Positions 28,167 through 37,716 of a stretch of 64,000 bases of DNA are shown here, piece by piece (the stretch's first letter is position 1; each line of letters begins with the position of its first letter). The stretch lies in assembly GCA_965199825.1 (NCBI GenBank), contig OZ241329.1, positions 1,952,001 through 2,016,000 on the forward strand. Direction: 5' to 3'. The position numbers were made by a program, and so were the translations under genes. Under the pieces are notes generated by a model, which was not told the DNA's origin, searched no databases, and saw only the letters and a program-made list of their open reading frames with translations. The DNA comes from Bdellovibrionales bacterium (GTDB lineage Bacteria; Bdellovibrionota; Bdellovibrionia; Bdellovibrionales; UBA1609).

Positions 28167-29594
28167 ATGAAAAAACTCTTACGTCTCTACCCAGTTTTTC
28201 TGATCGGTTGCAGCGCAGGCATGTCGTCTTCGGTGAGCAATCTTTCATCTTTATCGTCTCAATTAGATCCAGGTGCAATCCAACAGGCGGCACAAATCAA
28301 TTGTACAATTAAAGATGTGAACACGAGCGAAACCGTTCAGCTTCACACCATCTTGTCATTAGATACCACCTTTCAAACATCACCCACTTTGAACGACACT
28401 TTACTTTTTGATTGCTCAAACACAAACGATGCTGCCGGTAATTTGAAGTTTTCGATGGATCCGAACTACATTTCTTCGTCACCCCAATTTGTTGCCAAAA
28501 ATAATGCCCAGTTTAGCGTGACGCTAAATAAAACAGGCATTATTCCAATGGCGATTCAAGTTGTTGATGGTGCTTCGCTCGTAAGAGTAAAGACCTTTAA
28601 CATTCCGGTGAAGTGTTCGGCCCAAGTTGTTCCAGTAGTAAATGCGAGCAATGTTTCGATTACTCCCACGGGTAAATTAAATTACTTTAACTATGCGGTC
28701 AGCGGAGTCACAGGCGGCAATAACTTTAAATATGCCTGGGATTTTAATGGTGACGGCGTTTATGATTCCTTTGATTTAAGCGGAAATATTTGGTCGACCA
28801 ATGCATCTTTGGCCAATATCTATACCTTGTACGCAGATCAACGAACCATTGGTTTAAAAGTTGTTAACGACTGCGGTTTTGAAGCCGACGTTGTTTTACA
28901 TCCTAACTTTGTGATGCCAAACATCGACCGCACTTCATCTTCACTTGCTGTAGCAAAACCTTATTTTTATTTGCAAAGCGATATCTCAAGTTCGACCCTT
29001 CAAGATGCACGACACAATGTGGATTTTTTAGGAACACAATATCCTGGCGATCCATTCCAACGTACAGAGCCCGATTATCAATTCCACCGTGTCGGTCAGC
29101 CCGCAAGTTTTACTCTTAAATCTCACAATTGGTATACCGGTGGGACTCAAGAAGAAACAAGCAGTGCGCTTCTTCATGGTATGGACTTTAAGGTCGACAA
29201 TATTCCTGACTCTGGACAAATGGGCGAGCAAGTTTTTACCGAAACTTCAAATACAAACGGGGTCAAAATCAGTTCGATCAATTACATTGTGTCAGCAGGT
29301 TCTGATGGGATTGCCCAAGAGCGATTTGGTTTAACAAATTCATGCTCGCTTACGATCCACGTCAAACGCTCGGCTGCAGTTCAACCGTGTTCTGCGGGCA
29401 TGACCCAGTCTTCTGATTTTACCGAATCTGTTGCGGTTGAAATTTTTGGTGAATTTGATTGCCCCACATTAGTGGACAGCTCAAATCGCACCATCGCTGC
29501 ACATAACGGAAAATTTTATTCTCAAGTCGGTCCGGCTGACCAATGTATTGGCGGCGGCGGCGGTGGTGGCGGCGCTCCACCTCCTAGACAATAG
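28167..29594 (+). CDS. Lipoprotein with PKD/Ig-like domains and Gly/Pro tail
   Basis: Lipobox LIGC, YAWDFNGDGVYD PKD-like motif, C-terminus CIGGGGGGGGAPPPRQ. Confidence 0.75.
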   Translation: MKKLLRLYPVFLIGCSAGMSSSVSNLSSLSSQLDPGAIQQAAQINCTIKDVNTSETVQLHTILSLDTTFQTSPTLNDTLLFDCSNTNDAAGNLKFSMDPNYISSSPQFVAKNNAQFSVTLNKTGIIPMAIQVVDGASLVRVKTFNIPVKCSAQVVPVVNASNVSITPTGKLNYFNYAVSGVTGGNNFKYAWDFNGDGVYDSFDLSGNIWSTNASLANIYTLYADQRTIGLKVVNDCGFEADVVLHPNFVMPNIDRTSSSLAVAKPYFYLQSDISSSTLQDARHNVDFLGTQYPGDPFQRTEPDYQFHRVGQPASFTLKSHNWYTGGTQEETSSALLHGMDFKVDNIPDSGQMGEQVFTETSNTNGVKISSINYIVSAGSDGIAQERFGLTNSCSLTIHVKRSAAVQPCSAGMTQSSDFTESVAVEIFGEFDCPTLVDSSNRTIAAHNGKFYSQVGPADQCIGGGGGGGGAPPPRQ

Positions 29595-29907
29595 GATATT
29601 TGCGAGCGGTTTTTTTAAGTTTGCTCGCAAAACTTTGACTTAAGTCAAAGTCAAATTTCTGGGCAAATCGTAAAAGAACAAACAGGCAATCGGCCAGCTC
29701 ATCACAAATCGCTTCTTTTTCAAGCTCAAGGACTTTTAAAACTTGGGCTTCATTTTTATACCGAAAAAGCTCCATCAACTCACCCGCCTCAAGACTTAAA
29801 CCAATCGATAGATCTTTTGCTGTATGAACCTTATCCCAATCTCTTTGCTCGCAAAAAACTTGAACATCTTTTTTTAATTTTTCTAAAGTAATTTGAGTAT
29901 CATCCAT
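29584..29907 (-). CDS. MazG-like nucleotide pyrophosphohydrolase (dCTP pyrophosphatase-like)
   Basis: FCEQRDW..H..KDL...LSLEAGELMELF...DELAD. Confidence 0.88.
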   Translation of the reverse strand: MDDTQITLEKLKKDVQVFCEQRDWDKVHTAKDLSIGLSLEAGELMELFRYKNEAQVLKVLELEKEAICDELADCLFVLLRFAQKFDFDLSQSFASKLKKTARKYPIV

Positions 29908-30577
29908 GAAATTGATCCTTTAAAATTCTTAATCTTTTAAAATCCTCAACGTTATTTGATGCGCGCAAAAATGGATTCCACTCGGTTTCAAATCCGATGG
30001 TCGAGGGAATCGTGGGGCCACTGAGCGGTAAATCAGGTTGAGGAAAATCGAGATGTTTTAAAAATTTAAGATTCGATCTGGTGTACTCATGCCCACAATA
30101 CAATCGACAATCATCAGGAAGTTTTAAAAACTGTTGTAAACTTAAAGCCATTTGCTCAAAGCTGCCCTCAAACAACCGTCCGCAGCCTAACGAAAACAAA
30201 GTGTCGCCACTAAAAACAGCCTCGCCCCCATTGAGGATGTAAGCCACACTGTTCATTGTATGGCCGGGCACTGCTATCATTTGAAATTGAAAACCAAGAA
30301 CCTCAAAATTCTGATTTGCTTTTAAGGGTTGAGTTTTAAAAAAATTATCTTTTTCAAATCCATAAATATCACATTTGGTTTTTTGATAAAGCTCTTGGTT
30401 GCCCGCAATATGATCTTGGTGATGATGCGTCGATAAAATACTTTTGAGTTTTTTGTCTCCAAGCTTTTTGAATATCGGCTGGGCCTCGCAGGCATCGATG
30501 ATCAAGGCCTTGTCACCTTGAGTGAGAAGATAAGAATAGTTGTCTTGATAACAGGGAATAAGTTCAACGTGCGTCAT
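29900..30577 (-). CDS. gloB: Hydroxyacylglutathione hydrolase (glyoxalase II)
   Basis: DNYSY, THHHQDH, PGHT, FSGDTLFSLGCGRLFEG, CGHEYT. Confidence 0.93.
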   Translation of the reverse strand: MTHVELIPCYQDNYSYLLTQGDKALIIDACEAQPIFKKLGDKKLKSILSTHHHQDHIAGNQELYQKTKCDIYGFEKDNFFKTQPLKANQNFEVLGFQFQMIAVPGHTMNSVAYILNGGEAVFSGDTLFSLGCGRLFEGSFEQMALSLQQFLKLPDDCRLYCGHEYTRSNLKFLKHLDFPQPDLPLSGPTIPSTIGFETEWNPFLRASNNVEDFKRLRILKDQFHG

Positions 30578-31299
30578 GAGAGAATTTCGAGATAATTTTT
30601 TACTGTGGTCTCAAGCCCCAGATAAAGGGCTTCGCAAATCAACGCATGACCAATCGAGACTTCATTTAAAGGCCGAACATGATCCACCAGAATTTTTATA
30701 TTTTTGAGCGAGAGATCATGACCCGCATTAATGCCGATGCCGAACTGTGAACATGTTTTAGCAAGTGTAGCATAAGAATTCAAAATTTCGGGGCTCTCAC
30801 AATTTTCTGCAAAGCTTTCGGTGTAGAGTTCAATCCGCTCAGGCATTAATTTTTTTAGGGCTTCAGTAGATTCAGATGTCCAATTTGTTGGATCAACAAA
30901 TATCGAGGCCCTGATATTTCGAGATTGAAGTCGATCAATCGCTTTTTTGAGTTGATCAAAATTGTCGATCACATTCCAACCTGCATTTGAGGTGATCGCC
31001 TCAGGAGGGTCGGGCACCAAGGTGCATTGATGCGCACAGGTGCTCTCAACCAACTTTAAAAAATCATCCGAGGGATAGCCCTCAATATTGTATTCGACAT
31101 CAAACTCTTTGATCATTTCCGACAAGGCTAAAACATCGCTTTTACGAATGTGGCGTTCATCGGGTCGAGGATGCACCGTAATTCCATGCGCACCGAATAA
31201 AATAATATCTCGAGCCATTTGAACCACATCTGGATTGTTTTTTCCGCGGGCGTTTCTAATGGTGGCAAGCTTATTCACATTCACACTTAATTGGGTCAT
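30574..31299 (-). CDS. pdxJ: Pyridoxine 5'-phosphate synthase
   Basis: LSVNVNKLATIRNARG, ITVHPRPDERHI, NAGHDL, EVSIGHALI. Confidence 0.96.
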   Translation of the reverse strand: MTQLSVNVNKLATIRNARGKNNPDVVQMARDIILFGAHGITVHPRPDERHIRKSDVLALSEMIKEFDVEYNIEGYPSDDFLKLVESTCAHQCTLVPDPPEAITSNAGWNVIDNFDQLKKAIDRLQSRNIRASIFVDPTNWTSESTEALKKLMPERIELYTESFAENCESPEILNSYATLAKTCSQFGIGINAGHDLSLKNIKILVDHVRPLNEVSIGHALICEALYLGLETTVKNYLEILS

Positions 31300-31353
31300 A
31301 AGTTTTCCTTAATGTGTTGGCACTGAGCTTAACACCCGCTACCTTCAATCTTA

Positions 31354-31851
31354 ATGTCTCGCAAACTTATAATTTTACGTCATGCCCATCGTGATACTTC
31401 GGATCGAAATCTCGACAATGGACTTTCTTCTAAAGGTCTAAAGCAAGTCGATTTGCTCAAAAAATATTTTCAAGTACGAATTAACGAGGACGCTGAGCTC
31501 AAAAAATGTGTTTTTTTGAGTAGTCCAAAAAAACGCTGTCTCGATACTCTTGAGCCCCTTTCAAAGTTGGTCAACTCCAGTGCTACGGTCAACGAAGACC
31601 TCAATGAGCAAAGTGAAAAAGAAAAATTTGCTTCAGTGGAACAGCGGGTGCATCGATTTATCCATTGGTGGTCCAACAAAGGTCCAGAGATTTTGATGAT
31701 CAGCTCACATGGCGATATTCTACCGCTCTTAGCGCTTCATATGTTGGGGACGAGTTTTGATATCAAAAAAGGCTCATGGCTTGAGATTGATCAAAGAAAT
31801 CACCATGCCGAATTGATCTGCTATATTCGTAGTTTTAAATTTTGGACTTAA
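31354..31851 (+). CDS. Histidine phosphatase family protein (SixA-like)
   Basis: LRHA, LSSKG, SSPKKRCLDT, SHG. Confidence 0.82.
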   Translation: MSRKLIILRHAHRDTSDRNLDNGLSSKGLKQVDLLKKYFQVRINEDAELKKCVFLSSPKKRCLDTLEPLSKLVNSSATVNEDLNEQSEKEKFASVEQRVHRFIHWWSNKGPEILMISSHGDILPLLALHMLGTSFDIKKGSWLEIDQRNHHAELICYIRSFKFWT

Positions 31852-32773
31852 AATTTTCGATGACTTCCAAAACCAATCCGTCACGCAGCGAATATTCAGT
31901 GGTCTGAACCTGATCGATTCCTAAAAATAAAATCAATTCTTCGAGCAATACGGCGGCGGGCAAAATCAAATCGGCCCTACGTGGTTCAAGCCCTGGGATG
32001 CGACCAATTTCGAGCGGCGAAAGGGGAGTTAACAGCTCGGTAAAATGCGAGAGTGCCGATCTGGTAAAATGTGATTTGGTTTCTGAGCGAAGTCTTAAGG
32101 GGACGTAGAGTCGCGGAACACTTTTGGCGATCACTCGTGCAAGTGCGCGAATTGAACCGCTCGATCCAATGGCCCTTGTCACATGAATTTTGGTTAGAGT
32201 CTTTTCGTGGCGGTGAAGATGCCGGCGAATGTAGCGCCGCATATGGCTGATTTTTTTGCCCGAAGGAAAAAGCTGTTGGAGTCGGACCGATCCCAATTTC
32301 AAACTCATAGATGCGATGACCTTTTTGCCGCGGCAAAGATTGATCTCGGTGCTGCCACCGCCAATATCGATCAACGCAAACTCGCCAATCAAACTCGGCT
32401 CATTATAGAGAATTCCGCGAGCGATAAGTTCGGCCTCGCGCTCTCCCGAAATCACTTTGATCCGAATTTTGGTGAGCTTATAAACTGAAGCAATCAAGGT
32501 CTTACTGTTTTTGGCTTCACGCAGGGCTGAGGTCGCAAATGCTTCGAGCAGATCGCAATGTCGCTCTGAAGCCTGACGATGAAATTCGCCCATGGCGATT
32601 TTGATTCGACTCATCACCTGGGCTTGGAGCATTCCAGAAGTAAACACTCCGCGCCCTGGTCGCAGCATAATCTTTTGCTTAAAGATGCAGGCCTTCGGTC
32701 CTTTGAGAGAACCAAATTCATAGATAGCAAACCGAATAGAGTTTGTTCCCAAATCAATGACGCCGATGCGCAT
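31835..32773 (-). CDS. ppx: Ppx/GppA family exopolyphosphatase (short form, no HD domain)
   Basis: IDLGTNSIR, ATSALREA, ISGEREA, IDIGGGSTE, SLRDG. Confidence 0.9.
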   Translation of the reverse strand: MRIGVIDLGTNSIRFAIYEFGSLKGPKACIFKQKIMLRPGRGVFTSGMLQAQVMSRIKIAMGEFHRQASERHCDLLEAFATSALREAKNSKTLIASVYKLTKIRIKVISGEREAELIARGILYNEPSLIGEFALIDIGGGSTEINLCRGKKVIASMSLKLGSVRLQQLFPSGKKISHMRRYIRRHLHRHEKTLTKIHVTRAIGSSGSIRALARVIAKSVPRLYVPLRLRSETKSHFTRSALSHFTELLTPLSPLEIGRIPGLEPRRADLILPAAVLLEELILFLGIDQVQTTEYSLRDGLVLEVIENFKSKI

Positions 32774-32787
32774 CCCGCTAGTATGGC

Positions 32788-32803
32788 TGACACAATCTTG
32801 ACA
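32788..32803. promoter_or_regulatory. Possible Pho box
   Basis: TGACA direct repeat at 11-bp spacing (32788, 32799), i.e. TGTCA on the minus strand, between divergent ppx and pstS. Confidence 0.35.
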
Positions 32804-32866
32804 TTGCAAGGTCTTGTACCTGTTATAGCTGTCTTTGAAATGCAATCTTCATTCAAAAGGGTCTGA

Positions 32867-33835
32867 ATGCGGCTTTTGCTCTTTTTGGTTTTGAGTCGGT
32901 TTGTTCTTGCCGCACCTTTATTGATCAACGGAACCGGCGCCTCGTTTCCATATCCGCTCTATCTTAAGTGGGTCAGTCACTATCGGACGCTCGATCCCGA
33001 GGTGGCCATCAACTATCAATCGATTGGGAGTGGTGGTGGCATTCAGCAGTTTTTAAAACGCACCACCGATTTTGGAGCGAGCGATTTTTTAATCACCGAC
33101 AAAGATTTGAGTAAAGATTTTTTTCAGCTACCAACAACCTTGGGCGGGGTAGCGATCAGTTACAATCTGCCAGAGCTTGAACAACCCTTAAATCTTTCTC
33201 CCGAAGTTTTGAGCGAGATTTTTTTAAATAAAATAAAAAAATGGGACGATCCAAAAATCAAAGCCCTCAATCCAAACCTGAAGCTGCCAGAAAAAACTTA
33301 TATACTTCCCTGTCATCGCTCCGATGGGAGCGGAACCACCGCAATATTTACGGCTTATTTGGCAACCGGATCAAAAGACTGGAAGTCGAGTAAGGATGCT
33401 AAATTTACAAGCGGTCTTGGAGCCAAAGGCAATGAAGGCGTTATGGGTCTGTTGCGCCAAAATCCTGGAGCGATTGGTTATGTGGAAATGAATTTTGCAA
33501 TCAGCAATCATTTTCCGATGGCAGCTCTTAAAAATAACCGTGGGAATTTTGTTGTTCCCTCGATTCGATCTGTCGAAGAGGCCGCGAAGAACGCCAAACT
33601 CATTGATCCTGAGGTTATAAATAAAAATAATTTAAAGGCCTACCCCCTCGCATCGCTCAGCTATGTGTTCATTTGGAAAACCATGGATAAAGAAAAAGGT
33701 CCGCATCTGGTTCGATTTTTAAAATGGGCGGTGAGCGAAGGCCAAGAGATGAGTGCCACTCTAAATTATGCCCATTTGCCAAAGGGGTTAACCACCGAGG
33801 TGATTGCGGCACTCAACACCATCCAATTTGAATGA
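32867..33835 (+). CDS. pstS: Phosphate ABC transporter substrate-binding protein
   Basis: GTGASFPYPLY, YQSIGSGGG, DFGASD, RSDGSGTT. Confidence 0.96.
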   Translation: MRLLLFLVLSRFVLAAPLLINGTGASFPYPLYLKWVSHYRTLDPEVAINYQSIGSGGGIQQFLKRTTDFGASDFLITDKDLSKDFFQLPTTLGGVAISYNLPELEQPLNLSPEVLSEIFLNKIKKWDDPKIKALNPNLKLPEKTYILPCHRSDGSGTTAIFTAYLATGSKDWKSSKDAKFTSGLGAKGNEGVMGLLRQNPGAIGYVEMNFAISNHFPMAALKNNRGNFVVPSIRSVEEAAKNAKLIDPEVINKNNLKAYPLASLSYVFIWKTMDKEKGPHLVRFLKWAVSEGQEMSATLNYAHLPKGLTTEVIAALNTIQFE

Positions 33836-34770
33836 AGACAAAAACAAAAAAAGAGGTCCATACCACCGACCGCATTTTTTACTGGACGCTCAAAATAATG
33901 GCGTGGGCCATCATTGGCCTGCTGCTCTTAATTGTGGGACTTCTCACAGTGCGATCTTTTGAGGTTGTGAGCCGAGTGGGTTTTGGTTTTTTGTTTGGTA
34001 CAAATTGGGATCCCACAACCAACGACTACGGTATTTTATCGGTGCTCTATGGCACGATCGTGACCTCTCTTCTTGCCTTGCTTCTTGCGGTGCCCACAAG
34101 TTTTGCGGTGGCCTTATTTTTAAACGAGCTTTCTCCCCGCTGGCTTTCGGTTCAGTTGTGCTTTTTTGTCGAGATGCTCTCGGCCATCCCTTCGATTGTT
34201 TACGGATTGTGGGGTTTATTTGTGCTGGCTCCGTTTTTACGTAATCATGTTCAGTATTATTTAAGCGAATATTTAGGTAATTCATTTTTATTTAGTGGGC
34301 CTCCTATGGGAGTGGGATTGATGTGTGCAAGCTGTGTGCTTGCGATTATGATTACGCCAACAATCGTTGCCATCTCACGCGAAGTCTTTCGAACAATTCC
34401 AGCAAGCAATCGCGAGGCGGTTCTCGGTCTTGGAGCCACTCGGTGGGAAGTGCTAAAGATCGCGGTCCTTCGCGCAAGCCAGCCCGGATTGATTGCCGCG
34501 GTGATTTTAGGATTGGGACGCGCGATGGGCGAAACCATGGCGGTGACAATGGTCATTGGCAATATGCCCGATATTCATTTTTCGTTATTGTCTGCCGGGC
34601 AAACGATGGCGTCGCTTCTTGCCAACCAATATGCCGAGGCCAGTGACAGCCTTCATCTTTCGGCATTAACGGGTGTGGCATTGTGTTTGTTTTTGGTTTC
34701 GATTTTGACCAATGCGGTGGCTCGCACAGTGGTGTGGCGGATAGAAAATCGCTTCAAAGGAAAAGTATGA
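33832..34770 (+). CDS. pstC: Phosphate ABC transporter permease
   Basis: AIPSIVYGLWG, LGLGRAMGETMAV. Confidence 0.95.
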   Translation: MKTKTKKEVHTTDRIFYWTLKIMAWAIIGLLLLIVGLLTVRSFEVVSRVGFGFLFGTNWDPTTNDYGILSVLYGTIVTSLLALLLAVPTSFAVALFLNELSPRWLSVQLCFFVEMLSAIPSIVYGLWGLFVLAPFLRNHVQYYLSEYLGNSFLFSGPPMGVGLMCASCVLAIMITPTIVAISREVFRTIPASNREAVLGLGATRWEVLKIAVLRASQPGLIAAVILGLGRAMGETMAVTMVIGNMPDIHFSLLSAGQTMASLLANQYAEASDSLHLSALTGVALCLFLVSILTNAVARTVVWRIENRFKGKV

Positions 34771-35597
34771 TTCAGCGAAGAATCAAAAATTATTTTATGC
34801 TGAGTCTTATTTGCCTGCTGTCCTGTTTTGCTGCTGCACCGTTTTTTTATATTAGCTGGTATGTTGTTGAGCATGGAGCGGCTTCACTCACATTTTCTTT
34901 TTTTACTGCACTCCCTAAAGGGCCTGGCGAAATGCAAAGCGGAATGGCCAATGCGATTGCGGGCTCGGCCTGGATGCTTTTGCTCTCAAGTCTGATAGCG
35001 ATTCCTTGGGGCATAGGGGCGGGCGTTTTTTTAAGTGAATATGGCTACGGACGGAGCAATCAGATTTTAAGATTTGGGGTGGATCTTTTGGCGAGTACCC
35101 CATCCATTGTTATAGGTATTTTTGTTTACTGCATTGTGGTTGTGAATTTTGGATTTTCTGCTTATGCCGGTGCGCTTGCCTTAAGTATCTTAATGCTGCC
35201 GATTGTGGCGCGCTCCACTGAAGAAATCTTAAAATTAATTCCTAAACACATTCGCGAAGCCGGATTGGCTCTTGGGATTCCACGTTGGAAGGTGATCGTG
35301 AGAATTCTTTTACCCGGAAGCCGAGCCGGTCTCTTAACCGGCATTATGCTTGCGATTGCTCGAGTGGCAGGTGAGACCGCACCCTTGTTGTTTACCGCTT
35401 TGGGTAATCAATATTTTTCTACAAAATTTAGTGAGCCCACAGCCTCGCTGCCTGTCCAGATTTATAATTTTGCCAAAAGTGGCTACTACGATCTTGAACA
35501 AAAAGCGTGGTCAGGTGCACTTGTGCTTGTTGCCTTTGTTTTTATTTTAAATCTTTTGACCCGGCTGATGTTTCGAACAAAAAGGCAAACCGTGTGA
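34767..35597 (+). CDS. pstA: Phosphate ABC transporter permease
   Basis: [24 protein letters not shown] overlap with pstC. Confidence 0.95.
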   Translation: MIQRRIKNYFMLSLICLLSCFAAAPFFYISWYVVEHGAASLTFSFFTALPKGPGEMQSGMANAIAGSAWMLLLSSLIAIPWGIGAGVFLSEYGYGRSNQILRFGVDLLASTPSIVIGIFVYCIVVVNFGFSAYAGALALSILMLPIVARSTEEILKLIPKHIREAGLALGIPRWKVIVRILLPGSRAGLLTGIMLAIARVAGETAPLLFTALGNQYFSTKFSEPTASLPVQIYNFAKSGYYDLEQKAWSGALVLVAFVFILNLLTRLMFRTKRQTV

Positions 35598-36352
35598 ATG
35601 AAGTTTTAAAGGTCAAAAATCTTTCTGCCTGGTTTGGTGACCACCAAGTTTTGGATTCGGTCAGTCTCTCGGTTGCAAATCAAGATGTTGCCGCACTTAT
35701 TGGTCCCAGTGGCTGCGGAAAATCCACATTTATACGTTGTCTTAATCGCCTGCACGAAGAAGTCCCCCAAGCCCGGGTCCAGGGCGAGGTGCAATTGCTT
35801 GATCAATCGATCTACGGCTCACAGGTTGATCCGGTGATGGTGCGCCGAAAGGTGGGAATGGTGTTTCAAAAACCAAATCCATTTCCGGGATTGAGTATTT
35901 TTGAAAATGTGGCCATCGGTCTTCAGCTGGCCGGAGTGTCAAGGCGCTCGGTCCTCGAACACAAAGTTGAGAGTGCCTTAAAAAAAGCCGCGTTGTGGGA
36001 AGAGGTGCGCGAGAAATTAAAAGCCTCGGCCAACTCGCTCTCAGGTGGCCAACAACAAAGATTGTGTATTGCTCGAGCCCTTGCGGTTGAACCCACCGTG
36101 CTTTTGATGGATGAGCCGACCTCAGCACTTGATCCCATATCCACCGCAAAGATTGAAGAACTCATTGCCGATTTAAAACAGACAACCACCATCGTCATTG
36201 TCACCCACAACATGCAACAGGCCTCACGCATTTCGGATAAAACCGGATTTTTTCTCTCAGGCCAGTTGGTTGAATACGGCAAAACATCGCGACTATTTAC
36301 CAAACCCAAAGACTCTCGCACCGAACAATATATCACTGGAAGATTCGGCTAA
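35594..36352 (+). CDS. pstB: Phosphate ABC transporter ATPase
   Basis: [33 protein letters not shown] overlap start. Confidence 0.96.
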   Translation: MNEVLKVKNLSAWFGDHQVLDSVSLSVANQDVAALIGPSGCGKSTFIRCLNRLHEEVPQARVQGEVQLLDQSIYGSQVDPVMVRRKVGMVFQKPNPFPGLSIFENVAIGLQLAGVSRRSVLEHKVESALKKAALWEEVREKLKASANSLSGGQQQRLCIARALAVEPTVLLMDEPTSALDPISTAKIEELIADLKQTTTIVIVTHNMQQASRISDKTGFFLSGQLVEYGKTSRLFTKPKDSRTEQYITGRFG

Positions 36353-36362
36353 AAGGATAACT

Positions 36363-37034
36363 ATGAACCGTCAATTTGATTCACAACTTCAAGCTCTCAA
36401 AGGTCTTTTACTTTCAATGGGTGGCGCTGTCGAAAAAGCAATCGATGAAGCCTGTGCCGCAGTCCTTAAGCGCGAGGCCAAGCGCCTCGATGAGGTTCAT
36501 ACTCTTGAGCGCACGATCAATAAGCAGCACATCCAAATTGATCAAGACTGTTTTAATTTACTCGCACGGCAAGCACCGGTTGCAAAAGATTTACGACTTA
36601 TTTTGGCTATCGTAAAAATCAATAGCGATCTCGAACGTATGGGAGATCAAGCGGTGAACATCGCATACTCTTGTGCCGATTATTTGAATCACAAGCCGCT
36701 AAAAGTTGTGCCTGATCTGAATGCGATGGCGGTGGCAGTAAGAGGAATGGTCAAAGATTCCTTAGATGCGTTTGTTCGCCGTGATGTGGAGTTATCAAAA
36801 AATGTTTTGGAGCGCGACGATGGGGTTGATGAAGCCAATGCACAATTGCGCTCAACATTGATGGAACAAATACGCGAGAACACTTCAAGTGTTGAAGCCT
36901 GTTTTGATTGGATTATGATTGCAAAGAATCTGGAGCGAGTAGCCGACCACGCCACCAATATCGCCGAAGAGGTGGTATTTTTAGCCACAGGAGATGACAT
37001 TCGCCATGGAAATGTACACGATTCCGATTCCTAA
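36363..37034 (+). CDS. phoU: Phosphate signalling protein PhoU
   Basis: QAPVAKDLR, DLERMGD, LERVADHATNIAE. Confidence 0.95.
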   Translation: MNRQFDSQLQALKGLLLSMGGAVEKAIDEACAAVLKREAKRLDEVHTLERTINKQHIQIDQDCFNLLARQAPVAKDLRLILAIVKINSDLERMGDQAVNIAYSCADYLNHKPLKVVPDLNAMAVAVRGMVKDSLDAFVRRDVELSKNVLERDDGVDEANAQLRSTLMEQIRENTSSVEACFDWIMIAKNLERVADHATNIAEEVVFLATGDDIRHGNVHDSDS

Positions 37035-37716
37035 GATTCAAAATATTTTGGTTGTCGAAGACGAACCAGAGATCCGCAGTTTGATTTCTATTTCACTGAA
37101 GAGAAATGGATTTGAAGTGATCGAAGCCGCGGATGGTTTAGAGGCTCGCGACAGTGTCAGCAAAAATATTGAGCTGATTGTTTTGGATTGGATGTTGCCC
37201 CATTTGTCGGGTCTCGAAATTACAAGATTTGTGAGGCAAGATCACAATCTGAAACAGATCCCGATATTATTTGTTACCGCAAAAGCCTCGCCCGAAGAGA
37301 TCACCATGGGTCTTGATGCTGGAGCCGATGATTACATGACAAAACCTTTTGATCAAAATGTTCTTCTGGCTCGAGTGCATGCTCTGCTGCGTAGAAAAAA
37401 ATGGCTCGAACTTCCATTAAAAAATCGATTGCAACTGGGCCCTTTAGAAATGGACCTTTCAACATTCGAGGCAAAGCTCAACTCGCAAAACTTAGAGCTC
37501 ACACGTTCTGAATTTTTATTGCTCCAGACCCTTCTCCAAAATCAGGGGCGAGTTCTTTCAAGATCCGCACTGATCGAGCAAATTCAAGGTGAAGGAGTCA
37601 ATGTGGTTGGGCGAACGATCGACACCCATGTTTTTGGATTACGAAAAAAGCTCGGAAATTTTGGCGATATGATTGATACCATTCGCGGAGTGGGCTACCG
37701 CGTTCAACTCATTTGA
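37006..37716 (+). CDS. phoB: OmpR-family response regulator PhoB (start uncertain, 36994-37012)
   Basis: VVEDE, LDWMLP, GADDYMTKPF, RTIDTHV, TIRGVGY; operon context. Confidence 0.88.
   Translation: MEMYTIPIPKIQNILVVEDEPEIRSLISISLKRNGFEVIEAADGLEARDSVSKNIELIVLDWMLPHLSGLEITRFVRQDHNLKQIPILFVTAKASPEEITMGLDAGADDYMTKPFDQNVLLARVHALLRRKKWLELPLKNRLQLGPLEMDLSTFEAKLNSQNLELTRSEFLLLQTLLQNQGRVLSRSALIEQIQGEGVNVVGRTIDTHVFGLRKKLGNFGDMIDTIRGVGYRVQLI

Noticed and set aside
29550..29573. GGC/GGT tract as a phase-variation switch
   Set aside because: In-frame triplets at the extreme C terminus; slippage would not switch the gene off
29584..29907. MazG-like gene as an anti-phage defence component
   Set aside because: Translationally coupled to pdxJ-gloB housekeeping genes with no defence neighbours
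35742..36336. Long antisense ORFs (135 and 137 aa) in pstB
   Set aside because: Shadow frames of a highly conserved gene; the same applies to most short nested ORFs in the track
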